A stretch of 58,819 nucleotides of DNA, counting the filler, from Sphacelaria rigidula (taxonomy: Eukaryota), in NCBI GenBank assembly GCA_964200075.2. It is 10 parts of 10 records of this genome, joined end to end, with 100 filler letters (N's around TTAATTAATTAA, not from the genome) between each part and the next. Parts side by side here need not be neighbours in the genome. Positions count along the whole stretch, not along the records: positions 5,894 to 11,685 come from CAXNAA020024429.1; positions 11,786 to 17,577 come from CAXNAA020024430.1; positions 17,678 to 23,469 come from CAXNAA020024431.1; 7 more parts are not named here. One strand, given 5' to 3'. Under the pieces are notes generated by a model. That model did no database searches. It had not been told where the DNA came from and saw only the letters and a program-made list of their open reading frames with translations. The first letter of the stretch is position 1, and each line of letters begins with the position of its first letter. Made by a program: the position numbers and the translations under genes. Shown piece after piece: positions 10,907 through 23,216 of the stretch.

Positions 10907-11785
10907 CGTGTGTCGTTACTGAAGTCATATACGTCGGGAGTCTCGATTTCCTCGAGTAGTGGAAACCGTCCGTTCGGGTAATAGTTTCAGTATCACATCC
11001 GGAAATTTCTGAAATTATTCAACGGTAGAAATCGTCCCGAACAAATTTTATGACCTTAGACAGCGACAGGGTGAAGAAATTCCGCAGCTCAGTGCTAGAA
11101 GTAATTCAAGGGTTAGCCCAATAGCTACACATTCTAAAAGCCTTTCAACGGGAGCAGGAATAGAAACGCCCCTAGAGGAGACGTGGACAGCGGTAGGTAG
11201 TAGCTGTCTCATCAAGTCAGAATCCCACAATTGGAGTGGACTGTACTGTCACCCGTGTGAGGGTGGGCAGTATAAACCCGCACGAAGAAGTAGATTGCAA
11301 GAAATAAAGTAGTGTGATGCTTCATATATATATCTTTACCTGACTAAAAGACCAGACCTGCAACAGCTTGCTGCCAAGGTTCGAACTACAGGACTCTGCT
11401 CGGTATCGTGCCCATGCAACAGATGATCCACGCTGACCATTATTTACGCTTTGAACGCCAGGGTGGGTGATGGGCTGAATCGCGAGATCCATGTGATCCA
11501 CCTTGCTTTGCGATCCTCGAAGGGGTGTTTTACTATACCCCTTCATCCAGGTACGAGCACAACAATAATCGTTGTTGTTGTGGTTGTTGTTGTTGTCGTT
11601 TGTTGTTGTTGTCTTTGTAATGCGTGAGAGGACCGCGTGCTTAGAGGACCGCGCCGTAGTTCAAAATACCTCAGGATCGACGTTTNNNNNNNNNNNNNNN
11701 NNNNNNNNNNNNNNNNNNNNNNNNNNNNNTTAATTAATTAANNNNNNNNNNNNNNNNNNNNNNNNNNNNNNNNNNNNNNNNNNNN

Positions 11786-11850
11786 GGAAGCATTGTTTTA
11801 GGCTTGAGCCTGATCTCGGAGTTAAACCTCAATTCGCACAATTTGTTGTT
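11786..11850 (+). repeat. Interspersed repeat end at contig edge; reverse-complement copy at 46968-47037
   Basis: GGAAGCA.TGTTTTAGG.TTGA.CCT.ATCTCGGAGTTAAACCTCAATTCGCACAATTTGTTGTTA. Confidence 0.8.
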
Positions 11851-12597
11851 ATGTTGTACATGAATGAAGAAGACAATAACACAAAACACACACACACACA
11901 AAATGAACAACGAGCAACAAAAAAGAGATGAGGACGAAACAAAGACGAAGCATATAAACGACCGAGCAAAAAATGTGGGAATACAACTGTCTACTCACTC
12001 GATGCCCTCAGGGCAGCAGCCGCGGTAGCAGCCAACCGTGACGGGGTAGAACGACTCGGTGTATCCGCACGTCTGAAGGATTTCCACATCATCGCGATAA
12101 GCACGAGCAGTAAGTTTCGAGAAATATTTTCGCACGATATAACGGGTGAGCATTACCGGCATCATCATGATTGTTAAGCGGCACATTGCCTACAGCGCTT
12201 TAGACTAGTAGTAGGGACTGTTACCGTAAAGCACTGCACTATCGCCCCCCCTCCCCCACCCACCCTGCCCCCGAAGAGGTTCGATGCGTGAGCAGAGTCA
12301 AATGTAGAGGCGTCCAAACGGAGAGATTGTGGCTCAACAGAATTGTAGACATACTTCACGAGAGAGGAAACAAAGGAGTTTGCAGCTATACTCAAGAACA
12401 GAAAGGCAGTAGGTGCAGACGCGATAGTGAACGAGTGTCTCGAGTGCGGGGGAAAGGGAATGATTACCGTGATGGTTACGCTGTATACTTGAATATGGGA
12501 AAACGAATACACGCCCAAGAGGTGGAGAGAAGGAGCAAGTAACCCTTCCAAGAAAAAATACAAGGCTGGCCCAGAGAATTATAGGGATACCGGTACT

Positions 12598-12961
12598 GCC
12601 GGTCGCCCCGGTGGCTCAGTTGGTACACTCGAAACCTTCTGATGGTTGGGTCGTGGATTCAAATCTCCGAGCGATGCGGGATTTTTTCTCACACCACGCC
12701 CAACAACAGTGGAAAGCGACTATGTCGTGGGTATACAAACTTCGACTTCACGGTCGACGAGGGAAGGAGACTGCTGAACCCCTCTCGCGATAAAAAAAAT
12801 AAAGGCAAGGACCGCAGAAGGAAGGTGGGGTACTAAAAAACAAAAACAAAAAAAACTCCTGTGTTGAACTTCTTCCTGTGTGACCCCAGCTGGTGCGCCC
12901 ACATATACCGAAAGGTGAAGACCGGCGCTCACAATAGACGGGACGACAACACGCACACACA
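12598..12961 (+). mobile_element. tRNA-derived SINE (~360 bp)
   Basis: Head GCCGGTCGCCCCGGTGGCTCAGTTGG (A-box)...GGATTCAAATCTCC (B-box); (AC)n tail; CGGTACT duplicated on both sides. Confidence 0.85.
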
Positions 12962-13074
12962 CGGTACTGAGCACCGTAGGAAAGACCTTCTGTGAGATTC
13001 TGATCGATAGAATGGGAAAGATGCTAGACAAGGAAGAAAACATCAGCGAGGGGCGAGCAGGGTTCGGACCAAGC

Positions 13075-13364
13075 CAAAGGTTATGACATATATACATAGG
13101 CAGTACACTCGCTGGGATATTCGTCATCATTTGTTGTTCACAGACGGTGCAGTTGGTATTTTTTTCATATATATTTTAGTATGGGACACAATCGCAACGG
13201 TAACAAGTGCACCACTCATGTATACATTTTGTATATATATATAACCTTTGCACCGTCTGTGGGTCACATACGACTTATTTTTTCATTATTTTCATAATAT
13301 TTTAGTTTGGGACAATCGGAACAGAAACAAGTGATCTGCCTATGTATTTATGTCATAACCTTTG
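13075..13364. mobile_element. hAT-like MITE inserted in LINE
   Basis: TIR CAAAGGTTATGACAT.ATACATAGGCAG at both ends; degenerate 8-bp TSD GACCAAGC/GATCAAAC; removal restores LINE GFGPNRS. Confidence 0.8.
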
Positions 13365-15150
13365 GATCAAACCGTAGTTACGTAGACCATGTGTGTACAT
13401 TAGGTAAGATTAATCAAGGTAGGAATGATGCCGGGCTGACAACGAAATGTTTCTTTCAAGACGTGGAGAAGGCCAATGACACAGGATGGAGAAATGGGCT
13501 GTGGGAAAAGATGTGGGAAACTAGGATCAAAGGAAATATGTGGAGAATGGTGAAGATGACAGAATGTGCGAAAGGTGCTATGAGGCTCAACGGGGAAATA
13601 TCAAAATGTCTTGGCATTTTACGAGGACTTGCACGAGGATGTATGTATCACTCGCTTTATTCAAGGTAGCTATTAATGACTCGATAAGAGAAATAGAAGC
13701 AGCAAAGCAAGGAGTCAAGGTGGTATACGGTATCAGGAAAAATGTTCTCAGATGATTTCGTGGGGATATCAGAAACACCACAAGGATCGTAAAAACAAGT
13801 TGAAAAGGTTCTATATTACACTAGGAAATGGAGAGTGGCAGCAATCGTAGATAAATGCGTGGCACTTGTATCTAACGAAGATAAGAATAATCCAGTAGAG
13901 TTCAAATGAAATTGAGGAGAAGAGGGATTGCCGATCGTAGACCAGTATACAAAACTTGGCGCAGAGATCTTAAAAAAATGTTCTTGGGATGCACCCAGGA
14001 ATAAGTAACAGCAAAAAAGGGTAAGACACAGGTAGGTAAGATGGACGTGATCCTCCGAGACTTGTACCAAGATAAAGCACTTTCTACGACAGCTCCCCCC
14101 CCCCCAAATACAAACGATGACTGGTTTGGGGAGGCGACATCCATACATAATCGAAATAAAAACGCCGAGCACAACGAACAGCTGGGAATTCTCAGGCGTG
14201 GGTTCGTTTTCGCCTCTGTCGTTGATATGAGGCACTACATGCAGCCTAAAACCAAACATCAGACGTTTGTATGACCATTTTCTTCGTGGCAGTTCCGGGT
14301 TGGGCTCTTAGGGGGAGGATCTTCCGTAGAAAGACTTGTAACAGGGTCATGGATTGTATCCTGGTGAAGGTGATGCACCAAAGCTGGAATATTCCGGAGA
14401 AGTATGGGAGTGGACCGCGAAGTTGGCGAAGTAGTTGGAAACGGCACAGATGACAGCAGCTGGTTTAATACTTGGAAGCTCAAAAACGACGAGTATTACA
14501 GCATTGAGAGTAGAGTTAGGAATGTATCCACGAAAAGCATAGACATGAGGGCATTGGTGGCAATATAGCATACAGAGTATGCAGAGGAAGAGATTGCCAG
14601 CCATAGTTGATAAGGTGGTATGGAAGAAAATGACGAAAGAGCAGGCTGGGATAAGGTGGGGTAGCGTAGTCGACAAAGCGTGGAAGGAGGTAAGAGGAAA
14701 CCAAGACGAGGTACTGTCCATAGGTGAAGGTGGGGGGTACAAGACAAAAGTCAGAGACATGGTAGGAATGAAGAGAAAAGAAATGCCCAGACGCAAAGTA
14801 AACGAGGGAGAAGACCTGAAGATGCACGGGGGGTTGAGAGAGGGGATAGGGATGAAGACTCATCTGCATGACCCAATGGACGTCACGAAACATTTGAAAC
14901 TGAGATTGGGGGTGGGTGATCTGGACCTGCCAGAAATAAGAAAGAGATATACCAGTAGTCGATAAGAGGAGGAAGCAGACGCACAGGATTGCCACTGTGG
15001 GAAAGCAAAAGAGCAGAATTCATGTAGTGGCAGAATGTGAACTAGACAAGGCGGGGCGGAACGTGCTGGAGGGGAAAATGCTGGAAGTAAATGAAGGTGG
15101 CATGAAACCGTTTGATGCCCTAGACAGTGGCGAGAAAATGATAGTTACGA

Positions 15151-15504
15151 GCCGGTCGCCCCGGTGACTCAGTTGGTAAGCGCGAAACCTTCTGACAGGT
15201 TGGGTCGTGGGACCGAATCTCGGTGCTGTTACACGATGGGAGGTTTTGTCACACAATGCTCAACACTGGAGAACGACCAGATCGTGGGTACACGACATTC
15301 AACTTCACGGTCGACGAGAGAAAGGGATTGCTGAACCCTTCTCGGGATAGAAACAAAGGCAAACACCGCAGGAGGGAGTAAGATGGGGTGCTACAGTAAA
15401 ACAATAGAAGTTGGCCTTCCTCCTGTCTGACCCCGACTGATGCGTCAACATAAAGCGAAAGGTGGAAACTGGCGTCAAGAATAGACAGGACGACAACACA
15501 CACA
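15151..15504 (+). mobile_element. tRNA-derived SINE, same family as 12598-12961
   Basis: GCCGGTCGCCCCGGTGACTCAGTTGG head, shared body ACTTCACGGTCGACGAG..CTGAACCC, tail GACGACAACACACACA; further partial copies at 17678-17750 (3' end) and 23396-23469 (5' end). Confidence 0.85.
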
Positions 15505-15582
15505 GTAGAAACACTGCTCCGTCTCGAAAGATATGACTGGTCAGTGGTAAAACGACTGTGGTAAGCAACAAACCAATATCCC

Positions 15583-15617
<35 letters not shown>

Positions 15618-17110
15618 ATCCTTCTCCCCCCCCCCCCCCCGCCAGCCAACCAACACCCCCCCCCNNNNNNNNNNCAAAGGTAAAAAAGCAATGACTCACC
15701 ACAAACCAAACACCCCCCCCCCCCCCCCCCCCCCCCCCTTGCCTACCTGCGGTCGATGGCCAAACGACTAAGGCAAGCGACAAATGAGTACGCCCCCCCC
15801 ACCCCCCCCGACCGCCCCCCAAAGATTGAATTTCGCATCAATATAGTTTCTCGACATCAGCAAGCCCTGGAGAGAAAATTCCCTGGGAAAATGGCTAAAG
15901 AAAACAATCATTTTTCCGGCGGGGAGGGGGGGGGGGGGGGGGGGATTGGGGGTGATTGTTCTTGGCTTTTGTCTCCTCAAGGGGAACCGGCCCCGGTAAG
16001 GGGGGGTCTCGGNNNNNNNNNNTCCTCGCCATCAGCAACCCCTGGAGAAAAAATTCCCGGGGAAAAGGGCAAAAAAAAACAATCATTTTTCCGGGGGGGG
16101 GGGGGGGGGGGGGGGGAATTCGAGTCGATAGTCCTGTGCTTTGCTCTACTCAAGTGGAAACGGCCACTGTAAGGGGACGTCACTGGCGCGAGACCGTTGT
16201 ATTCACGCGAACTATGTTCTGCCCATGAAGAGGCAAAATATCAAAATGATTTCATTTCACTGAATGAATCGAGGCCCAACTGACATCACGACCTGCTCAC
16301 CAGGTAGTAGCGGTAAGCGAAGGCGTCGATGTCCGGCAATAGACCTTCGTAGCCGTTGCATTCGTCCAGGCAGTATGTGTCATGCGCTCCGTCGGTCCCG
16401 CAAGACTGGTGCAATTCAAACAACCGAGCAAAAAGCACCGTTAGCCATGAAACATTTGATCATTGTTATCGATGATATCATTGTTCACGCTACTTCATCG
16501 TATGAGTGCTCACCAGCATACTGGTGGCCTCGGGGCCTCGGTGTGCGTAAATGGGGAAGCCGTCCTGGTCCAAGCGGAAATACGACGGAGCAAAAAAGTG
16601 CAGCAGGGAAAAGGATAGGACAGCGGACAGCAGGGGTGAGGGCGTACGTAATATGCAAAACGTGTACAAAATGTCTTCGTGCGGTTTCCGTTTATCTCTC
16701 CCCTGTGTGTGTTCAGAGGTGATGAGCAACACACCGTGTATGCCCGAGGACCCAGTAAACCCAAAAATGGCCCCCCAAAATGAAGAGGAAAGGAGTCAAA
16801 GGATATGCAAACCTCAGAACTGATCGTACATGCAGACACATACCGGTGCTTTGGTAAACCTTGATGCCAAATTCCGTCAGACCGGGTCGCACTCTCCAAA
16901 AAGTGAACCCGTTTTATTCGTTCTATACCCTTTGTTCCTGTCTACGCACTACATGTCGTCATGTTGACGACGCCATGAAACAATCTCCTAAGAGCGGTCT
17001 TCATTCGAGCCACGGAGACGGTCGTGCCGCATGAGACATTACAATCCTGCCGCTTTCAAAGCCGAAGCAGCAGCAACAACAACAACGCCAACAACAACAG
17101 CAGGACAGTG

Positions 17111-17314
17111 GAGAGTTTCGGAAAACGCTTTTTTTTGTCTTTTCAGAGTGCAAATATCTCAGGATCAGAGCGCAACGAAAAATCATTCCCCATTCCGTCA
17201 AATGTGATATCCCCTCAATTTTTGTTCGATAATGTGCTTTTTTTCATTCTGCACTCTGATCCTGAGATATTTTCACTCTGAAATGTAAAAACAAAAACGA
17301 TTTTCCGAAACTCT
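17111..17314. mobile_element. MITE with GAGAGTTTCGGAAAA TIRs
   Basis: Near full-length hairpin: AGAGTTTCGGAAAA...TTTCAGAGTG..AATATCTCAGGATCAGAG vs CTCTGATCCTGAGATATT..CACTCTGAAA...TTTTCCGAAACTCT. Confidence 0.8.
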
Positions 17315-18022
17315 TCAATGAAAACAAGCGAAGGAAAGCGGCAAGTTTTCGAGGCGAGGAAGGTTCGCACATACAAACCTCTAAGACGGAGTAGTACATG
17401 TAGTAAGAACGTGGAAAATGACAACATTGAGAGAAACGATTATAGCAATCATGTAACCCATCGCGGCAACTGAAAGAGTCATCCTTCGATAGGGGCGGCG
17501 GGGGGGGGGGTACTCATGATCATGCATGCCATAGTCATTAGACCATTGACCTCGCATCCCTACAATGCCGGGCCGGANNNNNNNNNNNNNNNNNNNNNNN
17601 NNNNNNNNNNNNNNNNNNNNNTTAATTAATTAANNNNNNNNNNNNNNNNNNNNNNNNNNNNNNNNNNNNNNNNNNNNCGGCTGATGCGCCCACATATCCC
17701 GAAAGGGGTAGACTGGCGCGCAGAAGAAATGGGACGGCAACACACACACAATATATCATGTAGGCATTCCCTCTGATCGTGGGTGGTGGGCACGATTGAA
17801 GAGCGAGGGGTAATCTCAGCGGCGGAGTACGCTTCTTGTCGCTGATTAGCTTGACACTTGCTCGCTTCTTCACGCGCGGCGCGACATTGTGACCAATGCC
17901 ATCCTAAGCCCGCGTGAGATCGTCTTTGAGCACGGTTTGCATCTTGCTGTCTGTTTTTTGCGGGTGGTATAAAGACGGCCGATGTGCCGCAAATTGTCGT
18001 CTCTTCTCACGGGTAGCTGCAG

Positions 18023-21000
18023 TATGGTGAACGAAGTGGGTGAGAATATGACGGACTACCTTCAGTCGAATGTGCGGAGTAACTTGGCACCTCGAACACC
18101 AGTGTTGTCTAGCATGCTGTGGATCGCTGGCCAAAGCAGTGTTTGTGTTGTTTCAGTTGGATCACCCGCGGAAACGCACGGCATGCAGGGAGTGTCCTTT
18201 CACCGCATATTTCCCTTCCGAAGAAAACGAACGTTTCCGCCCTGTACACAATTTCCACTGTTAACATAGTTCAGCGCGCGATTTTCTCGTGCTCCCCGCT
18301 CGCGCCTTGTGTGTTCGACTCTAGAGTGTTTGCATTTGCAGCTGCAGACGAGGAAAATATTCGGTTCAACCTGTAAGGGGCGGACAAAATGAGGAGGGTA
18401 GATGTGCCCCTGAAATGTTTGGTGCATGCGCTGTGTGGACGACTTTGAATACTTTCGGGCTGAAGCCCGCAGACATTATTCCGTGTGGATTCAGCTACCT
18501 ACTGAAACAGAAACCTCGGTCATGGGATAATCGGACTTGATGTCATTTCTAAAGCTCAACCTATTTTTTCCCGAGCATCAGTTGTTTCCAGTGTGTGAAT
18601 AGCGACCTTTTTTGATGAAAATTGATCCGGGAAGATATAATATCCTGCTCTGCTTTTCGGGTGTAACTCCAAGTTACTCCTCACCATGATACGTGCAGCT
18701 GATTCCAGTATAATTGTCACCTGATGGGTGCGGGGGAGATAACTAGCGGCAAGCGGAGCTCAGGAGAATTACGATCCTTGGCTCTTCGGGGAAATGATAT
18801 GACACGCAAGCTCTTGAAAAGTAGCTTCATAGCGTATGCCGTCAAAAGTGGCTGAGCGAAGTGCTGCGCTTCGTTGAGTGCGTTGTGCTGTACAGTACGG
18901 CTACTGTTTTGTGCTTTGTGGGAAGCCGTTCATACACAGCCTGTGTTATTGCCGAGGAATATCGCAACAAAAGACGACCAACTTTTCCCTCTATTTACTA
19001 CCCGCGTCGTTTGGCTGATCGTTAGTGAAGACCTCCATTATCAATCGCTTTGACTTGAGAGCAGCAAAATCCTTCACTCGATCATGATACTTGTGAAATA
19101 GCATGTGCAAGATCTAGAATACAACTGTACAATACGTCGCTTACCAAGAGCCAAAAGCGACAAGTAGGGTATATCGTCACTGAGTATTGAGCGCGTACGT
19201 GTTTTTGACTCCTCTGTTCACCCTTTCTGAATAAGTCGTTGATGTGTCATCTTCCCTTTCGTTGAGGGGTACAGCACGGAATCCCCTTGTGCTGACACTA
19301 CGTGAACAAGTTGACAGTGCTGGACCTGTTGCGAGGTTCACCAGGGGGTATTCCATAATCTTTCCGGGTACGGATGTTGCTGACATTGCCTTGCCTACAC
19401 ACGACGCTGAACCGACCTCGATTCATTTTGCGGTATGCTCTTGTCCGCGGTATTCGCATTTTGCCAGGTATATGCTGTTGCCACTGGCTTGTGCGTGGTC
19501 GAGGCGAAGCCCTCAAAACCAACCAGCACGAGGCAACATGATGATGGAGATGAGGACGACCCGCCAAAGGATGCTATGGTGACGGATGATGCCAACGTCT
19601 CGCACGACCCTGGACGAAATTTCGGCCGTCTAGTGGTGGACGGGTGTTGCAACGCGTTGGCGAATGCTTTGCGCACGGTGCGTGGTCGATGCCAGAAGCA
19701 TTCCCCCTGTCCTGATTCTATTCCACTTCGACGACTGTTTCGAGGTTACAGGCTGTATTGTCATTAGACTTCGCGGCGATTGCGGCGGGTTTCTTGCAGG
19801 AGTCTAGAGACGATCCATTGCGTTATCAACTCATACAGTATATCGTTTCATGAAGGTTACACTATCGTTTACCAATTGCAACATCCCCTCCTGCCTCTGA
19901 ATTCTACTGTCGACAGGGTGGGTTCTTGAGGGCGAAGCTTCTCCTGCGCTTTCTAGGAGAGCTGGTCAACTGTGGCTTGGTGCAGGCGCAAGAGTATGGA
20001 GATCTACTCGTTACCCTCTGCTCTGGGTATGTTAGCACAGACTCCCAGCATGTCCAACAACCTTGCCGGGATATTGTGGCGGACATGGTATTATCAGGGG
20101 TGCTCAGAGTTGGTTCCGCCCTCTCGAAGGTGAGAGTTGAAGTGTTCAAGTGAACTTATGCGCATTAGGCGTGCTTGTCGAGTTTTTTCCACATTCTTTT
20201 TGCCCGTGAGTCCGACGGTAGATCCTGGCATAGATGTCGTGTGTGGAAGCCGAGAAAATGAGTGTGCTGCTTGTTGCCTCTTTTTTGCGTGACGCTCCGA
20301 CGCGCAACTCGACCCAAGGCTTGATGTCGACACACACTAAGAAAGAACCATCGTCGGTCCACCGGCGCGTCCCGTCTCAACCCCACTTACGCATATATGG
20401 TGTTCGAGTAGTCACTGTCATGTTGGGTGTTCATACCTGTAAAGTACGATCAATGGGTAGTTGTAACTACTCGTGTACATGAAAGGTGCATCGGGATCCT
20501 CTCGGGCTGAGCCTCGGCGGATCATTTTCTTGCCTGATCACAGCTTAGTACAATTGCGACATGGTGAAGAAATAACTCCGTAGCATGTGTAGCACCCGCG
20601 CTCCCCCAACTTTTCTCGGTCGGTTCTGGAAAGCTACGCCTGTCCCGTTGCAGTCCCGGTCCTGCGCCAGTGACCTCTCTTCTGTTATGCTTCATCTCTT
20701 GTGTCTAGTCGTGGCCTATATTGTACAGTGTCACACTGCAGCAATCGCGAGGGTTACCCGCATGACGGGTCAGAGTTGTGGGAGCAAAAACAACAAGCAA
20801 CCTGAAGCTGCATTCCAGCAGTAGGCTGACGGTGGATGCAGCCTCATACTCTACACGGCAAGTGCCTGGTGATCGGCTGGGTTCTCCGTTGAACGATGTG
20901 CTTCGGCGTCTTCTTGGATGTTTATACGCTGATCATGATCGGATTGAGATGTCGCAATAGCTCTACTACTGGCGTTGTGTAGCTTCACCGATCATCGAGG

Positions 21001-23216
21001 GTGCTGATGGCGCGTTGTACGAGGTCTTCGCCCATGTTTTGATTTTATTTGTTCAGATCCACGCTCGTTAGCTGGTGAGGCATCAACGGTGCTTTGCTGG
21101 CCAGAACTTTTGCCTTCAGGTGGATGCACAACTTCGCGGTATAGTCATGTTCACTGCTTATTCGTGTTCGATTCTGCACACAGTTCGCAGTAGAGTTTTG
21201 AACATATACGTGGCAAATAACTGTAATCTCCCGATGCATCTATTTTCTGGTAATAGGCCGCTCTTGATTTTTTGTCGGAAAAATTGAAGGTTAAAACATT
21301 CGACACCTTTTTCAACATCGAACAGAAAATATCGCCACCACGTGTCTTGGACTCCACGCATCACCTCAATTAAAGCAGTTTAATCCTCTTTGATTATCTC
21401 GGCTTCAAAAACCGCAATCGGCCACTTGCCAAGAATCCAGCTGAAAATGCAGGGATGTGAAGATGATACGCAAATTTTACAAACATCGCAACAGACGTCA
21501 CACTTCTTGTCGTCCGGTTCGATTTTTGGCGGTTGACCATTCGCGGAACTCAGAAGCCCAACAAATCGGGAAGGTGGATTAGGCTTCTCATAGTGAGGTG
21601 TCCGAGGCATATGGTTGCGATATATCTTTTGAGGGGAGTCTTGAACAGTGTCAGATGTACCAAAAGTCAAATACCCCTACAAAATACTTCCCATTCCGAT
21701 AAGAAGCCACGTTACTCGCTTGTTGCACTACCCGTAAAAACTGCACGAGCTGACATTGGGATGAACTCGCGCGCAGATGGATTACCGTTTTGTGCATCAT
21801 GTCCAAACGGTTTGACGTATGTTTCAAAAGGCTGGAAAAACTCTTTGTTCGTCGGCCTCTCGGTGCTACTTCACGTACAGGCTTGGATAGGAGGATTCAG
21901 CGATTTGATGGACGAGATCCGCACGTTTATGGCTGCACGCCAGGCGCCTTTTCGCCTAAAGGGACTACGGGCAATATTCGTTAGCGCGGATGACCTGGAC
22001 GAAGAACAACAGGTGGGGCTAGGAATGAGATAAGATCGCGACACTCATGCCTTGAACTGTCCTCGTGGTGGAAGTAACGACACGTGTGGGACCTGGTACC
22101 ATGACTGGTTTTCCCAATGTTGGCGGTCCGATTTTTGCTGCTGTGCGCGCCGTGTGCTGGAATAATATTGGCCCAGGAAAACAACGGTGATGCCGCAGCA
22201 GAAGATCGGCACGAGGTACGGGGTGGGGAGCCAATGGAGGACAGCTTGGCCGTACTGTGGGATGTTGTAGGTGCTCTTCACGACGGTGGTTGGCAGGAGG
22301 ACGACCTCCCGCAATCGATCCCCCGCCTATGGAAAAAACCGGTGGTCGAAGAGAAGCTTGTGAACCTTAGTAGCTTGTCCCTACCAGAGGAGGTGGTGGC
22401 CGCAGACACCATCCCGGTGGAGCTGGCGAGAATGGGCGCGTGTGAGCTCGCAGCATGCTCAGGCGTCACGGATGACGGCACCTCGTGGTGTGTTGGTTTG
22501 AGCACATCCTGTGTTTCGGGCGAGGTTGAGGATTGTAGCGCTGTGCTGTGGTTTAAGGTGAATTGGATATTCTCGTGACTTTGTGAAATTTCAACACGCT
22601 GACGCACCCGTACGGTTCTGTTTCTCTTGGCCTTGCCTGTCCAGCGCGGCAGACCGCCCTGACTGGAGCTACGCGCTCTCGATAATGGGAGATCGCGACC
22701 TCTGTGATGAAGACGATGGTGCTGGACCGGCTTCATGCTCCCGTGTAACTCTACCTAGAAAAGAGGTGAGTGTGACACAATCGTGGGCCCACAGATAACA
22801 GGCAGAGGATGGGGCAATGTGCCGGGGTTGTGGCCAGGGTTTCTCAAGGTATTTGACTACGCTTCTGTGGACGTAAGCTTCGCGATAATATTGTCTCATG
22901 TTCGCTCCACTCCTCACTACTGTGTAAAACGTCGCGCTCTCCGTCAGCTCAGAAAAAACCACTGCTGAACGCAACTCTCGCACCGCTGTTGCGTTCGCAT
23001 CCCCTTCTTCCTGTTGATGGTGCCCAGCGTCTCGTCCTTATGGAGTACTGCAAGGATATACTGGCGTGCTTCCAGCCAAGGTGTCGTCTAGATGGCTCCA
23101 AGGTCGGCAAGTGGTCAATGCTGGTGGATCAGCTGTTCAGTATTGGCGAGGTCGCGCCGAAGGATTGCCAACCGGCGTACCTGATCACAAGCGTGGTATT
23201 TCTTGCGATGATTCAG
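18023..23216 (+). CDS. NCBP1: Nuclear cap-binding protein subunit 1 (CBP80), N-terminal MIF4G regions; partial
   Basis: Exons 18023-18071 MVNEVGENMTDYLQSN; 19468-19677 VYAVATGL...NFGRLVVDGCCNALANALRT; 19917-20129 LRAKLLLRFLGELVNCGLV...RDIVADMVLSGVLRVGSALSK; 21881-22012 MDEIRTFMAARQ; 22177-22557 EDSLAVLWDVVGALHDGGWQE...IPRLW; ~22849-22872 VFDYASVD; 22953-23216 QRLVLMEY...YLITSVVFLAMIQ. Colinear with my recollection of CBP80 (RFLSDLVNC, EYLDCLW, RMFDY). One expected exon between 18071 and 19468 not located. Confidence 0.85.

Larger units (their letters stand above)
12260..15585 (+). mobile_element. Decayed LINE ORF2 (RT through C-terminal Cys/His region) with nested insertions
   Basis: Frameshifted RT motifs FTREETKEFAAILKNRKAVGADAIVNE, IWENEYTPKRWREG, GFGPNRSYVDH, FFQDVEKANDTGWRNGLWEKMW, YTKLGAEI, later CHCGKAKE; family 3' tail at 15505-15585. 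Confidence 0.85.

Noticed and set aside
15580..16120. Long poly-C/poly-G tracts and a local duplication as G-quadruplex or Gly/Pro-rich protein
   Set aside because: Associated with internal Ns and contig ends (also 35190-35420); likely low-quality sequence
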